A stretch of 24,000 nt of DNA, taken from contig NZ_JAFIBY010000001.1 of the NCBI RefSeq assembly GCF_017832355.1, forward strand, positions 1,780,209-1,804,208. The letters are read 5' to 3'. The notes under the pieces were generated by a model. The model had not been told where the DNA came from, did no database searches, and saw only the letters and a list, made by a program, of their open reading frames with translations. The stretch comes from Serratia sp. PL17 (lineage in GTDB: Bacteria > Pseudomonadota > Gammaproteobacteria > Enterobacterales > Enterobacteriaceae). Positions 5,528 to 14,684 of the stretch are shown here, piece after piece. The position numbers were made by a program, and so were the translations under genes. Within the stretch, counting starts at the first letter, position 1; every line of letters starts with the position of its first letter.

Positions 5528-7750
5528 TTATTTACGTGGTGGAAACTCAAACGCAGTTTGCCCGGTGGCTTTATCTTTTAGCACCACGAACGCCGAGAAC
5601 GGCTTACCCGCTTTGCTGGTAAAGCCTTTAATCTCTGCGCTTTTACCTTTACTGATGATGGTTTCAACCTGATTCTTGGTCAGGTTTTTACCCGCTATTG
5701 TCGGCCAGATTTTAAAGTCGCACTGAGTACAGCGGAATATTTTAGGGGTCACAATGATGCTGCTACCGCAGGACGGACAGGGTGCGTTTAATCGCTCAAA
5801 CTGGCTCTTTTCACTTTTGTCTTTGTCGCTGGCCGTGACGCTGACCGCGCTGACATCGACGTGTTGAAGCTGCTCCGCGATAAAGATTTCCAGCTCATCT
5901 AAAAAGGCATCGCTGGTCATTTTACCCTTTTCGATCTGCTGTTGCTGTTCGTGCCATAGAGCGGTCATATCGGGTTCGGTGGCGATGGAGGGCAGGGCAT
6001 GAATAAAGCTGATGCCTAATTCCGTGGGAATAAGTTTCTTTTTTTCTACAGTATAAAAGTTGCGGTTCAGTAAGGTTTTTAACATTTCGGCGCGAGTTGC
6101 CGGTGTGCCAATCCCGCCATTTTCGCCCTCAGTGTCTTTGTCCCGGCTGACTAATAAAGCTTTAATACGCGGGTCTTTCACATATTTTGCCACGCGCTGC
6201 AAATCACGTAACAGCGTGGCTTCGGTATAAAGTGGAAGTGGTTTGGTTTTCTCCGCTTTGACGGTGACGGTTTTACAGGTTCCGGCATCGTTCACGCTAA
6301 GTGCCGTTAATATGGAAAATAAGCCATCGCCATTATCTTTCCCCGGCTCACTCTCTCCGTCGCCGCTTTCAGCGTCGATGTCGCTCTCTTGTAAAAGCGC
6401 CGTCCAGCCCATCCCGGTTGTTTTCCTGGCACTGGCCGTGAAGGTGTTGCCCGCTGCGCAAAAACTGACGCTGGCCGCCAGATACGTTTTTTCCGGTAAG
6501 AATTGAGCCAGGTACTGCGTGGCAATCGCGGTGTATACCGCGCGTTCGTCCTGGCTCATTTTTGCTGTATCGGGCGCGGTGCCGGTCGGGATAATCGCGG
6601 TATGCGCTCCGACTTTACCTTCATTAAAGGCACGGCTTTTTTTGTTGCTGTCGAGGTCGGCCAGAACTTGCGGGGGAAACGTGCCGCTTAATGCTGCACT
6701 CACCGCCGCGATAGTCTGAGGCGCATCATTAAACTGTTCGTTATTCAGGTATCGACAATCTGAGCGGTTATAGGTGATCGCCTTAAAGTTATCGCGCAGC
6801 GATTGCGTCACTGCCAGCGTTTTTTCAGCGGGCAGACCGTGCTCACGGCTCATGTGAACCTGCAAATCTAACAGCGAGAAGGGCAGCGGTGCCGGTGAGG
6901 CTTTAGGTTCGGTCTGTGCCTGTGTCACCGTGGCGGGTTGGTGCTGTGTCGTACTGGCAATATAATCAGCGTAGTGCTTATCAATAATGCGTTTTTTATC
7001 GTCCGTAGGGGCATCGTCTGGTACGGAAAATCTCGCCGGTATCTCGCCTCCGTCGCAACGGGTCAGGTCAAAACCGTTAATCATAAAACCGGCGCTGACA
7101 GCGTAATAAAACGCTGCCGCATGGTTTTTGAAGGCTTCATAACGGTGAACGATCAGACCCAGTATCGGCGTTTGTACCCGACCAACAGATAACACATCTT
7201 TGCCGCCTTTTTTACGGGCGGCGAGGGTGTAACCACGAGTCATATTGAAGCCAAAGAGTTGATCGCCAACGCTTCTCGCTAATGCGCTTTGGGATAATCC
7301 GTAAAACTCGCTGTTGTCGCGTAACTGCGTCAGCGCCTGTCGCGCTTTCTCCGTGTTCAGGTCATTGATAAGGACGCGCTTCACCGGTTTTTTCGTGCCG
7401 GTGTACGTCAAAATTTCATCAATTAAAAGCTGGCCTTCGGCGTCGGGATCGCCAGCGTGAACAATCTCACTCGCCTTCTCAATCAGCGCCGCCACCGTTT
7501 TAAACTGACCTGCGGTGCGCTCAATCGGCTGGTAGCGGTGCGGGCGCAGTTTCAGCGGTAAATCAGCCTCGTTCCATTTTTCATAAGCGGGGTTATGACT
7601 TTCAGGCTTGACCAGCTCGAGCAGGTGGCCTGATCCCCACGTCACCACGTCGGTGCCACATTCGATATAACCGCCACGGTTTACACCGTTGCCCAGGGCG
7701 AGGGCGATCACTTCACCCAATCCTTTCTTTTCTGCGATAAAAAGTCTCAT
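5528..7750 (-). CDS. topB: DNA topoisomerase III (type IA) with C-terminal zinc-ribbon
   Basis: Toprim N-terminus MRLFIAEKKGLG and acidic motif DPDAEGQLL. Topo IA core. C-terminal CPSCGSS...CTQCDF zinc ribbon. The start is corrected from the listed 7819 to the ATG at 7750 (RBS AGGGGG; the N-terminus then begins at the conserved Toprim strand). Confidence 0.9.
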   Translation of the reverse strand: MRLFIAEKKGLGEVIALALGNGVNRGGYIECGTDVVTWGSGHLLELVKPESHNPAYEKWNEADLPLKLRPHRYQPIERTAGQFKTVAALIEKASEIVHAGDPDAEGQLLIDEILTYTGTKKPVKRVLINDLNTEKARQALTQLRDNSEFYGLSQSALARSVGDQLFGFNMTRGYTLAARKKGGKDVLSVGRVQTPILGLIVHRYEAFKNHAAAFYYAVSAGFMINGFDLTRCDGGEIPARFSVPDDAPTDDKKRIIDKHYADYIASTTQHQPATVTQAQTEPKASPAPLPFSLLDLQVHMSREHGLPAEKTLAVTQSLRDNFKAITYNRSDCRYLNNEQFNDAPQTIAAVSAALSGTFPPQVLADLDSNKKSRAFNEGKVGAHTAIIPTGTAPDTAKMSQDERAVYTAIATQYLAQFLPEKTYLAASVSFCAAGNTFTASARKTTGMGWTALLQESDIDAESGDGESEPGKDNGDGLFSILTALSVNDAGTCKTVTVKAEKTKPLPLYTEATLLRDLQRVAKYVKDPRIKALLVSRDKDTEGENGGIGTPATRAEMLKTLLNRNFYTVEKKKLIPTELGISFIHALPSIATEPDMTALWHEQQQQIEKGKMTSDAFLDELEIFIAEQLQHVDVSAVSVTASDKDKSEKSQFERLNAPCPSCGSSIIVTPKIFRCTQCDFKIWPTIAGKNLTKNQVETIISKGKSAEIKGFTSKAGKPFSAFVVLKDKATGQTAFEFPPRK

Positions 7751-7752
7751 GA

Positions 7753-8058
7753 TTACCCCCTGATCCGCCCGAATTGACTGATGATTTTGGCTATAGCTGC
7801 CGGGTCTGCGGCTTTGCATTCCCCCAAAAGCGCTTTACGCATGTTTGATGTCTTCGATGGGTCAAACCGGCCTTTCTTCTTAAAAGAATTAATGCTGAAA
7901 AAGGATTTTTCGGCACTGCTGCATTCACTGCCGCCGCTATTACCGGTTACTTTGCCGAACATACACAGGACGACCTCGCACGGATCAGCAGCAAATGAAG
8001 GTGCAGAAAAGCCAGCGGCCAGGCACAGGAGTGCCGCCGCGATTGCGGTTTTTTTCAT
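7753..8058 (-). CDS. Secreted TrbM/KikA-like small protein
   Basis: Signal peptide MKKTAIAAALLCLAAGFSAPSFA. Cys pattern CEVVLC...SEC...FFSI...C resembles the TrbM family. Its stop abuts the topB RBS. Confidence 0.5.
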   Translation of the reverse strand: MKKTAIAAALLCLAAGFSAPSFAADPCEVVLCMFGKVTGNSGGSECSSAEKSFFSINSFKKKGRFDPSKTSNMRKALLGECKAADPAAIAKIISQFGRIRG

Positions 8059-8129
8059 AACGTTTTATTCCTTGAGGTGATTTTGAGACAAACAAAAGAC
8101 GGCTAACGCCCTCTGGTTGTTCAACGTCG

Positions 8130-8152
8130 GAAAAACAGATTGAAAATCTGTC
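8130..8152 (-). terminator. Weak intrinsic-terminator-like hairpin after the T4SS/lipoprotein genes
   Basis: The minus strand reads acagatt-ttc-aatctgt followed by TTTT. The stem is only 7 bp and AT-rich. Confidence 0.3.
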
Positions 8153-8161
8153 TCACCGTCG

Positions 8162-8566
8162 TTATCGGGAAAAATAAATGTCGGTGGTGTTGCAGGTCAG
8201 GCAGTGAGTTTTTGGAAGATAAGAGATAAGCCCTTGTGCGCCGTGTTGTCTCAACCACGCTTTAGCAGCAAAGAACGCGGTCGCATCCGGCGCAGAGACG
8301 GCAACGTGTGGGGAATGAGCAACGGCATACCAGACATCAGGCGTCCAAATCTGTCCTTCATCTTGAAAATCGGTGATCACTCTCGACCACTGCCCGGACA
8401 CGACCGGCGACGGTGTAACAACCATGTTTTCCTGCCATAAAGGCAATGTGCCGTTGGTCGGCGAAAGAGGCTTATCCCACTCGACGGCTGCCGGTTCGGG
8501 CGGGGATGAACAGCCCGCGAGTACCAGCAATGCGCTGAGTACAACCAGGGGTTTAAAATGTTTCAT
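8162..8566 (-). CDS. Lipoprotein of unknown function encoded downstream of virB11
   Basis: Lipobox LLVLAGC after a signal peptide. Its start overlaps the virB11 stop region by 14 nt. I recognise no family. Confidence 0.6.
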   Translation of the reverse strand: MKHFKPLVVLSALLVLAGCSSPPEPAAVEWDKPLSPTNGTLPLWQENMVVTPSPVVSGQWSRVITDFQDEGQIWTPDVWYAVAHSPHVAVSAPDATAFFAAKAWLRQHGAQGLISYLPKTHCLTCNTTDIYFSR

Positions 8567-9581
8567 TCCTGAAATTCTCCATCACACCGGCGCGATGCAC
8601 CGGCTTAAAGTAAATATCACCCATGCGGCGAATATCGCCGCTCACGTCAATGCTGGCGATGACATCAATGCTGTTCAATACCTTACGCAGCAGTACCGAA
8701 TAGGGGATGTTCTGGCATTCCATGTTTTGATAACAGCGTTCCGCCAGCCCGTTAATGGCCTCTTCCGGGCTACCGGCGTGCAGAGAAGTGATCAGCCCTT
8801 CATGCCCCGAGCCGATGATTTTCAGACAGTCCCAGGCTTCACCTCCGCGCACCTCGGCCAGTAAAATGCGGTCAGGGTTCATGCGGTAGTTTGCCCGTAC
8901 CAGACTGGCTGGGGTCACAATGGCTTTTTCTCCCGCATCGGCGGGGTAAAAAAGATGCACGTAATTTTCATGGCCATAAAAGCGCGTCTCCGGGTTGTCC
9001 TCGATAGTCACCAGTCGCAGGTTGACGGGGATATACCCGATCATCGTTTTCAGGTAGGTTGTTTTCCCCGACCCCGTACCGCCCACGATGATGATGGTCT
9101 TGCCATATTCGACACACTTCTCCATAAAAGCGGGAATAGCTCCGGCATTGTATAAACGTAAAAGTTCGTCATCATGGCTTGCTGTTTTCTCCTTACCCGT
9201 GACCCGGTCGTAAAAGCCGCCGTCGATATAGGACTGGTGGGGAATTTGTATCAGGGAAGGCTTGCGGATAGTGATCGACACCGTATCTCGCTCACAAGCC
9301 GGAGGCATCACCACCTGGCAACGTTCGCCAGATTCGAGCGTGGCGGACAGCACCGGCGACGTATCATCAATATGGTCGCCCTGATAGTTGGCAAGCGCGG
9401 TGGCAAACGTCTGACACTGTGCCAGCGTGAGCGGAACGGGGTGTTTTTGCCACACCCCGCGAATTTTGGTAAACAGCTCTCCGGGACGATTTACCGCGAT
9501 TTCGGTCAGGCCATCGAGGTGAAGAAAATCCCCGAACATGCGTTGTTTATGCTGGTCGAGTGAAATGTTACTGACGCCCAT
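8553..9581 (-). CDS. virB11: VirB11-family T4SS traffic ATPase (PilX11-like)
   Basis: Walker A GGTGSGKTT, Asp and His boxes (RILLAEVRGGEA, LITSLHAG), 342 aa, last gene of the virB array. Confidence 0.9.
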   Translation of the reverse strand: MGVSNISLDQHKQRMFGDFLHLDGLTEIAVNRPGELFTKIRGVWQKHPVPLTLAQCQTFATALANYQGDHIDDTSPVLSATLESGERCQVVMPPACERDTVSITIRKPSLIQIPHQSYIDGGFYDRVTGKEKTASHDDELLRLYNAGAIPAFMEKCVEYGKTIIIVGGTGSGKTTYLKTMIGYIPVNLRLVTIEDNPETRFYGHENYVHLFYPADAGEKAIVTPASLVRANYRMNPDRILLAEVRGGEAWDCLKIIGSGHEGLITSLHAGSPEEAINGLAERCYQNMECQNIPYSVLLRKVLNSIDVIASIDVSGDIRRMGDIYFKPVHRAGVMENFRNETF

Positions 9582-9591
9582 AATGCCCTCC

Positions 9592-10872
9592 TTATTTGAG
9601 TTTCAGGCTGTAGACGCCTGAAAAATCGATGTCTGAACCGGTCATGATGCCGATGATATCGCCCTGATTTTTGTAGATGGTTGGCGGGATATTGATGCTG
9701 TTATCCAGCGCCGTTTTTGCCATTTCAGCGGCGGCAGCGCGTGAATTTTCCGTGTAATCGGTATTGCGGTCTTTCGACGGGGCGGAACTTGCCGTTGCTG
9801 CGGCGACGTCCTGCACGGTACTGAGCATCATTGCGTTGCCGAAACGCTCCCAGAAATGCGTGTCGATCCAGCCATCAATACCGGCCTCACCGAGCTGGCC
9901 TACGACCTGAGAATCAACCATCGGGATTTTTAACCTGTCCGGGGTTCTGAGTTCCGTCCACATCACGAACATCCTCGCCTGGCCGTGATTGAGTGTGCCG
10001 GTCTTGTAGACGCCACGGGCGCGGGTGCCTGCGGGTATCAGCCGTACATGGGTGCTTTCGCTGTAAACGTCCTCAGATATCAGGCAGGAAATACGCCCGG
10101 CAACGTCGGACACAAAGCGGGTTTGAAGCGTACAGGGAATATAGGTATCGACCGGAATATACAAATCCGGGTCAAGCCGCATACGTTGTACGCCGGTTAC
10201 TGTGGAAACTGCCGGTGCCACACCCGGTGATGCCTCCGCTCCGACAGGACAGGCCAGCTTTCCGCTGGCATCCATGACCAGCGTCACCGTGCAGGGTGTA
10301 TAAGGCTGCGCGGTCGCGGGAGATACGCTGTGCTCTGTGGTACTGCGTTCAGCCGTGCGCGAAACCGTGGCGGTTTGGCCGCTGCTTTGCGTGCTGGACA
10401 TCGCCGCCAGAGCCATCGACTTGTTAAATGAAACTGCCGGAGCGGCGGGGCGAGGAAGGTTTGTTTTGGTATCGGTTGACGCGGTGTCCTGCAACCCCAG
10501 CGGGTTTTCAGCCATCCCCATGCCCTGGCGTTTCCGTCCGTAACTGACATCATCCGGTGCCGTTTTTGCCTGTTCAGCCTTGGGAGCGGGGGCGCTCATG
10601 AAATGGTTATAAGCCCAGTCACCCATCCAGGCTAATACGATAAGCGCCGCCAGAAGCAGTATTCCCAGCGTCATAAGACGGTTTTTACCGCGCTTTTTGA
10701 GGCTGTTTACCTCTGGTTGGTCGGGTTTAACGTCCTCCACCGGTGCAGACTCTTTACGCTGTGCCTGCGCCCGTTCGCGTGCTTCAACTTCCAGCTCGGC
10801 CACCGTTTTTTCTCTCTCGGGTACGGGGCTTTCGCTCCCATCGAGAGGCGTTGGGTTTTGCGTATCCGTCAT
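9592..10872 (-). CDS. virB10: VirB10/TrbI-family T4SS protein
   Basis: Cytoplasmic N-terminus, a single TM (LMTLGILLLAALIVLAW), a Pro/Ala/Thr-rich linker and a conserved C-terminal TrbI-like domain. Position follows the virB order. Confidence 0.85.
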   Translation of the reverse strand: MTDTQNPTPLDGSESPVPEREKTVAELEVEARERAQAQRKESAPVEDVKPDQPEVNSLKKRGKNRLMTLGILLLAALIVLAWMGDWAYNHFMSAPAPKAEQAKTAPDDVSYGRKRQGMGMAENPLGLQDTASTDTKTNLPRPAAPAVSFNKSMALAAMSSTQSSGQTATVSRTAERSTTEHSVSPATAQPYTPCTVTLVMDASGKLACPVGAEASPGVAPAVSTVTGVQRMRLDPDLYIPVDTYIPCTLQTRFVSDVAGRISCLISEDVYSESTHVRLIPAGTRARGVYKTGTLNHGQARMFVMWTELRTPDRLKIPMVDSQVVGQLGEAGIDGWIDTHFWERFGNAMMLSTVQDVAAATASSAPSKDRNTDYTENSRAAAAEMAKTALDNSINIPPTIYKNQGDIIGIMTGSDIDFSGVYSLKLK

Positions 10873-11765
10873 GGTTTTTCCTCCAGTTTAACCGCCGGTG
10901 AAACGGTGCTGCCGTTGCTGACCGTTGCCAGACCAAATCCCTGATTAACAATGCCCACCACGGCGTCGCCGTAGCGTAAGACCAGCTTTGGAGCCAGCGA
11001 GTGAACGACCATCACGCGATAGTTGCCCTGTTGCGAGAACGACGGGATGGTCGTTTGTTCTTTGCCGTTGACGAGCAGGAAGGGACTCGGGATCTTTTTC
11101 AGCGGTGAAAAGCCCAGGTAAGTGAAGCGGCCATCGTCATAGGCAAAGTCCGGCATAGCCATTTCACTGCCCTGCTTCACACGCTGCGCATAGTTCCAGT
11201 TTCGCGGTGTAGTGGCGGCATTAAACGCTTTGGCGATGCGGCTTTTTTCCTGCGCCTCCGTCAGCTCCTTTTGCCGCGCTTTAACGGCTTCCATGTTGGC
11301 CTTGCGACTGGCATCGGGATAATTCCAGGTCACAACAAACGCCAGACTGCTTGCCGGTGCGCCTTCATCGAGCACGTTAAGCTCCAGGCTGTAGAAGTGT
11401 GCCGACGTGGTGACAAACAGGTTGGTTTTCCAGTCTTTCGACTCGGGTAAAAATGCCTGCTGGACGGTTGAGCCGTCCGCATCCGTCACCGGCTGCGTGA
11501 TGGGAGCTGGGCGAATATAGACGCGGTTCGCCTCCTTTGTTACCGCCCATCCTTTAATAAAGCCGACTTCGGTGCTGATCACCGCCTCATCATCGGCAAA
11601 TACCAGCGTGGTGACGTAGCCGGCGCGGGTGTTGATCACCGTGCTGTTTTGCACGTTGTACGCCACCTGCTGCATACGGCTGTCGTACCGGCTACCCTGT
11701 GGGGTTGCGGCTCCCCACGCCGATGAGCAGAGCATCAAAGTGAGAATGACGAATAGATTACGCAT
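10869..11765 (-). CDS. virB9: VirB9-family T4SS outer-membrane core protein
   Basis: Signal peptide MRNLFVILTLMLCSSAWG, 298 aa, 4-nt overlaps with virB8 and virB10, positional synteny. Confidence 0.85.
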   Translation of the reverse strand: MRNLFVILTLMLCSSAWGAATPQGSRYDSRMQQVAYNVQNSTVINTRAGYVTTLVFADDEAVISTEVGFIKGWAVTKEANRVYIRPAPITQPVTDADGSTVQQAFLPESKDWKTNLFVTTSAHFYSLELNVLDEGAPASSLAFVVTWNYPDASRKANMEAVKARQKELTEAQEKSRIAKAFNAATTPRNWNYAQRVKQGSEMAMPDFAYDDGRFTYLGFSPLKKIPSPFLLVNGKEQTTIPSFSQQGNYRVMVVHSLAPKLVLRYGDAVVGIVNQGFGLATVSNGSTVSPAVKLEEKP

Positions 11766-12448
11766 TATTCTTTCCTCAGTTCTTTGTCACGCTGGTAACT
11801 GGTGACGATGAAGCCCAGCGGATTACTCTCACGCTGTGCGTCAGTCAGCGCCTTGTGTGGCACATAGTGGTATGTCAGACGAACGTTCCAGAATTCGACG
11901 CGCGTCGCGCCGTCTACAACGTGTCGGATGGTTTTTTTCAGTCGGAGGGTTGCCAGCATATCGGGCGCGGTAGCCTGGCTGATGATGTTGGAAATGACCT
12001 CAGTTTCCACCACGTTAGCCGCGTTCTGATAAACCTTGTCGGGGGCATCCTGTCCGGCGAACCAGGCAAGATAGTCCGCGTTGACCTGTCCGCTGTTAAA
12101 GAGCTGCACCGTGTCGTAATTGCTTTGCAGGGCGAAATAGTTGTATCCCTCCCGGAGCGTGGCGTAATTGGCGGCGAAGGCTTTAGCCATTGCCTCCTCG
12201 GTAGAAATGTCTTTTTCTTTCACTCGGGTGACGTATTCCGCCCGCCCGCTGTGGCTGTCTACGGTGTAAAGCTCGACCTCCGTGTGTTTTAGCGGAAGCA
12301 TGACAATGACGGCCACAACGGAAAGTAAGGCAAATACCGTGGCGACGGCGGCGATAACAAAGGCGAGTTTTTTAGCCCGCGCATCGCGTGTCAGCATCAC
12401 TTTTTCAAACGACTGCGAGGTATTCAGCGTTTTTTGTAATTCAGACAT
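11765..12448 (-). CDS. virB8: VirB8-family T4SS protein
   Basis: Bitopic topology with one N-proximal TM (FVIAAVATVFALLSVVAVIVML), 227 aa, position between virB7 and virB9. Confidence 0.85.
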   Translation of the reverse strand: MSELQKTLNTSQSFEKVMLTRDARAKKLAFVIAAVATVFALLSVVAVIVMLPLKHTEVELYTVDSHSGRAEYVTRVKEKDISTEEAMAKAFAANYATLREGYNYFALQSNYDTVQLFNSGQVNADYLAWFAGQDAPDKVYQNAANVVETEVISNIISQATAPDMLATLRLKKTIRHVVDGATRVEFWNVRLTYHYVPHKALTDAQRESNPLGFIVTSYQRDKELRKE

Positions 12449-12578
12449 TATTCACCTCCTGCATAACGGAAGCGGAATTAACGGGTTGAAGGTCGCCGGA
12501 AACATCCGGCGGGAAATGGCTTTGCTGTGCGCAGCCCGCAAGGGTGCACAACATCATAAATATGATGAAGCGTTTCAT
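12441..12578 (-). CDS. virB7: VirB7-like small lipoprotein (45 aa); not in the supplied ORF track
   Basis: My manual minus-strand translation gives MKRFIIFMMLCTLAGCAQQSHFPPDVSGDLQPVNSASVMQEVNNV. It has the lipobox LAGC and a P-V-N motif like the VirB7 P[ILV]N VirB9-binding motif. Its stop overlaps the virB8 ATG (AATAATGTCTGA). It sits at the canonical virB6-virB8 position. Confidence 0.75.
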   Translation of the reverse strand: MKRFIIFMMLCTLAGCAQQSHFPPDVSGDLQPVNSASVMQEVNNV

Positions 12579-12647
12579 GGTTTAGGTTCCTGAAAGGATT
12601 AAAAAGTAATGAGTCTTGCGATGGGAACAGGTGTGGCGGGATATCTG

Positions 12648-13649
12648 CTAATTTTGGGCTTTCATTTTCTCCACTGCGGCTTTTGCCGATGCTTTGGCAT
12701 TACTGGCCGATGAGCCTTTGAGGTTATTCGCTGCCTTATCGCCAATACTGCCTAAAGCATTCCCCACTGGCTTTCCTACGGTACTTGCGGCTTTTTTCGC
12801 TGCGCCGCCGCCTGCCATTAGCCCCATTTTAGCCGCGCCCTGTACCACACCCTGTACGCTAGCCCCTGCCAGTGAACCGGCAATTTTTGCCGATAACCAG
12901 ACCACGAACCCGGCACCGATACCTGCGAGACAGCTTTGTGCCGCCAGCGTCACGATGTTGTTTACATCAGCTCCGCTACTTGCTTTATCCAGTACACTAC
13001 TTAAATACTGAATCGCAATCCGTAGAGATAAAGCCGAGAACATGAGCGTTAGGATCGCGGTAAAAATTACCTGGAGCCAGTTATTGAACATCGGGCGGAG
13101 AAAACCGTATATCAGGCAAAAAATAAATATGGGTGCCGTCGTTGTCATTAACAACAACATTATTTCAGCTCCCATATTCACAATAGTGGCAATAACCAAA
13201 GTCACTATTGTCCCCCCCCAGACCAATAGCTCTGCAATGCCGCCATTGAGTTGCACGTAAGTGGAATCATCGAGGTTAAAAAGTTTCTCCCCTAATATTT
13301 GTGCTTTACCCCAAAGGGTATCTAATAAAACCCAAACATTTTCACTTCCACTTAGTCCGTCTTTTAAACCATTAATGGCGGCAACAGACGCGTCCAGATA
13401 ACCATCAGCATTAGTGACAAATGCCAGGATGATCCCCATCCGCGCCAAATCCCACGCTACGTCCTCTACCGGGGTATGCAGCTTACCCGCCAGTGTCTGA
13501 TAACCACGCCAAAGAATGTACAGAGTGGCAGAGCCGGTAACTAGCCCAGCCATCATTGTTGAATACAGGGACATTTGCCCCTGTATAACACTATTCAAAC
13601 CATTCATTACCGCGGCATCCATTCCTGTGAAAATGCCTTCGCTACTCAT
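12648..13649 (-). CDS. virB6: VirB6/TrbL-family polytopic inner-membrane T4SS protein
   Basis: Multiple hydrophobic TM segments, an Ala/Gly/Lys-rich C-terminal tail, 333 aa, synteny. Confidence 0.85.
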   Translation of the reverse strand: MSSEGIFTGMDAAVMNGLNSVIQGQMSLYSTMMAGLVTGSATLYILWRGYQTLAGKLHTPVEDVAWDLARMGIILAFVTNADGYLDASVAAINGLKDGLSGSENVWVLLDTLWGKAQILGEKLFNLDDSTYVQLNGGIAELLVWGGTIVTLVIATIVNMGAEIMLLLMTTTAPIFIFCLIYGFLRPMFNNWLQVIFTAILTLMFSALSLRIAIQYLSSVLDKASSGADVNNIVTLAAQSCLAGIGAGFVVWLSAKIAGSLAGASVQGVVQGAAKMGLMAGGGAAKKAASTVGKPVGNALGSIGDKAANNLKGSSASNAKASAKAAVEKMKAQN

Positions 13650-13954
13650 GATTTGTTATTCTCCGGGGTTATTTTACTTTGCATGTACTCCATTTGGATT
13701 TTTTTTATTCCTGCTGCAATGTCAGGTTCATTGATAGATCTCTTTTTTGCATTCACTACAGGAATGCATCGCTCACTGCTGAATGTTTTGGTTTTCAAAC
13801 AATCGGCATAGTCTTTTAGTAATTCGTCATGATGAGCCATATACCACTCCTCAGTTTTCTTTTCTTCACAACCACCTAAAGCAAAAAGGCTTAAAACAAG
13901 CAGGGAAGATAAAATAGTGCGGTTATTAATCGTCATATGAAAAATCCTTGTCAT
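13646..13954 (-). CDS. eex: Entry-exclusion lipoprotein (Eex-like) between virB5 and virB6
   Basis: Lipobox FALGGC. The motif EEWY..H..EL......C is typical of EexN-type proteins. Same position as eex in pKM101-type operons. Start is ambiguous (M1 or M7). Confidence 0.65.
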   Translation of the reverse strand: MTRIFHMTINNRTILSSLLVLSLFALGGCEEKKTEEWYMAHHDELLKDYADCLKTKTFSSERCIPVVNAKKRSINEPDIAAGIKKIQMEYMQSKITPENNKS

Positions 13955-14673
13955 AAGTTGTTTAAATCAGCTACCGGCGCACTCAGTTGTTGCTGTCGGT
14001 GGGCTTTTTGTCGCTGCGATGTCAGCATTTGATCACGCAGTTCCGACTGTTTCACGCTCATTTCCCACTGCGTGGTCAGCGCGTTTAACTGTACACTTTT
14101 TGACGTTATGGTGTTCGCCAAATCCTGTGACTCTTTAGCGTCTTGCGACATTTCGATACGACTTACAAGGGTAGAAATATCACTCACCGTACTGTTGATC
14201 TTCTCCTGTACCGCAGTGGTATCTTCGACGGCCACCGCCCGGTTAATGACGATTTGTTTACAGGTATCAGCATAGCTTTGGGTCTGCGTAGCATCACAGG
14301 TGTCAAACATCTTGTACTTGCGGTACAGGCCGTTTAGCGCGCTGCTGTATGACCCGCCGGAGTTCGTCAGTAGGTCGTTGAGTGAAATGCCGTTTTTTTG
14401 CAGGTTTTTAAGGTCATTCGACAGCCCCTTAGCCTGGCTCAAAAAGTCCTGCACGTTGCGTACGCCGGTCGCGGTCGCCAGTTGCGATTTGTAGGCATTG
14501 AGCTGGGATTTATACTGTTCTACCGTTTTAAGCCAGTTTTGGGCGTCAGTCGCGTATTGAATCTGACGTAACGGATCAGCATCAACCATGACAGGAATAC
14601 CGGCATAGGCTGTCAGTGATGGACACAGCAAAGCCCCCGCCAGACAGGCGGCGGACAGAGTTTTCATTTTCAT
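13951..14673 (-). CDS. virB5: VirB5-family minor pilus/adhesin component
   Basis: Signal peptide MKMKTLSAACLAGALLCPSLTAYA, helical Q/S/T-rich body, 240 aa, synteny. Confidence 0.8.
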   Translation of the reverse strand: MKMKTLSAACLAGALLCPSLTAYAGIPVMVDADPLRQIQYATDAQNWLKTVEQYKSQLNAYKSQLATATGVRNVQDFLSQAKGLSNDLKNLQKNGISLNDLLTNSGGSYSSALNGLYRKYKMFDTCDATQTQSYADTCKQIVINRAVAVEDTTAVQEKINSTVSDISTLVSRIEMSQDAKESQDLANTITSKSVQLNALTTQWEMSVKQSELRDQMLTSQRQKAHRQQQLSAPVADLNNL

Positions 14674-14684
14674 GTTATTTCCTT

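Noticed and set aside
7751-7819. N-terminal extensions of topB (listed start 7819), parD (listed start 21635) and the PRTase-like ORF (listed start 23449)
   Set aside because: In each case an internal ATG with a good Shine-Dalgarno coincides with the conserved N-terminus of the family. The longer versions overlap upstream genes or promoters.
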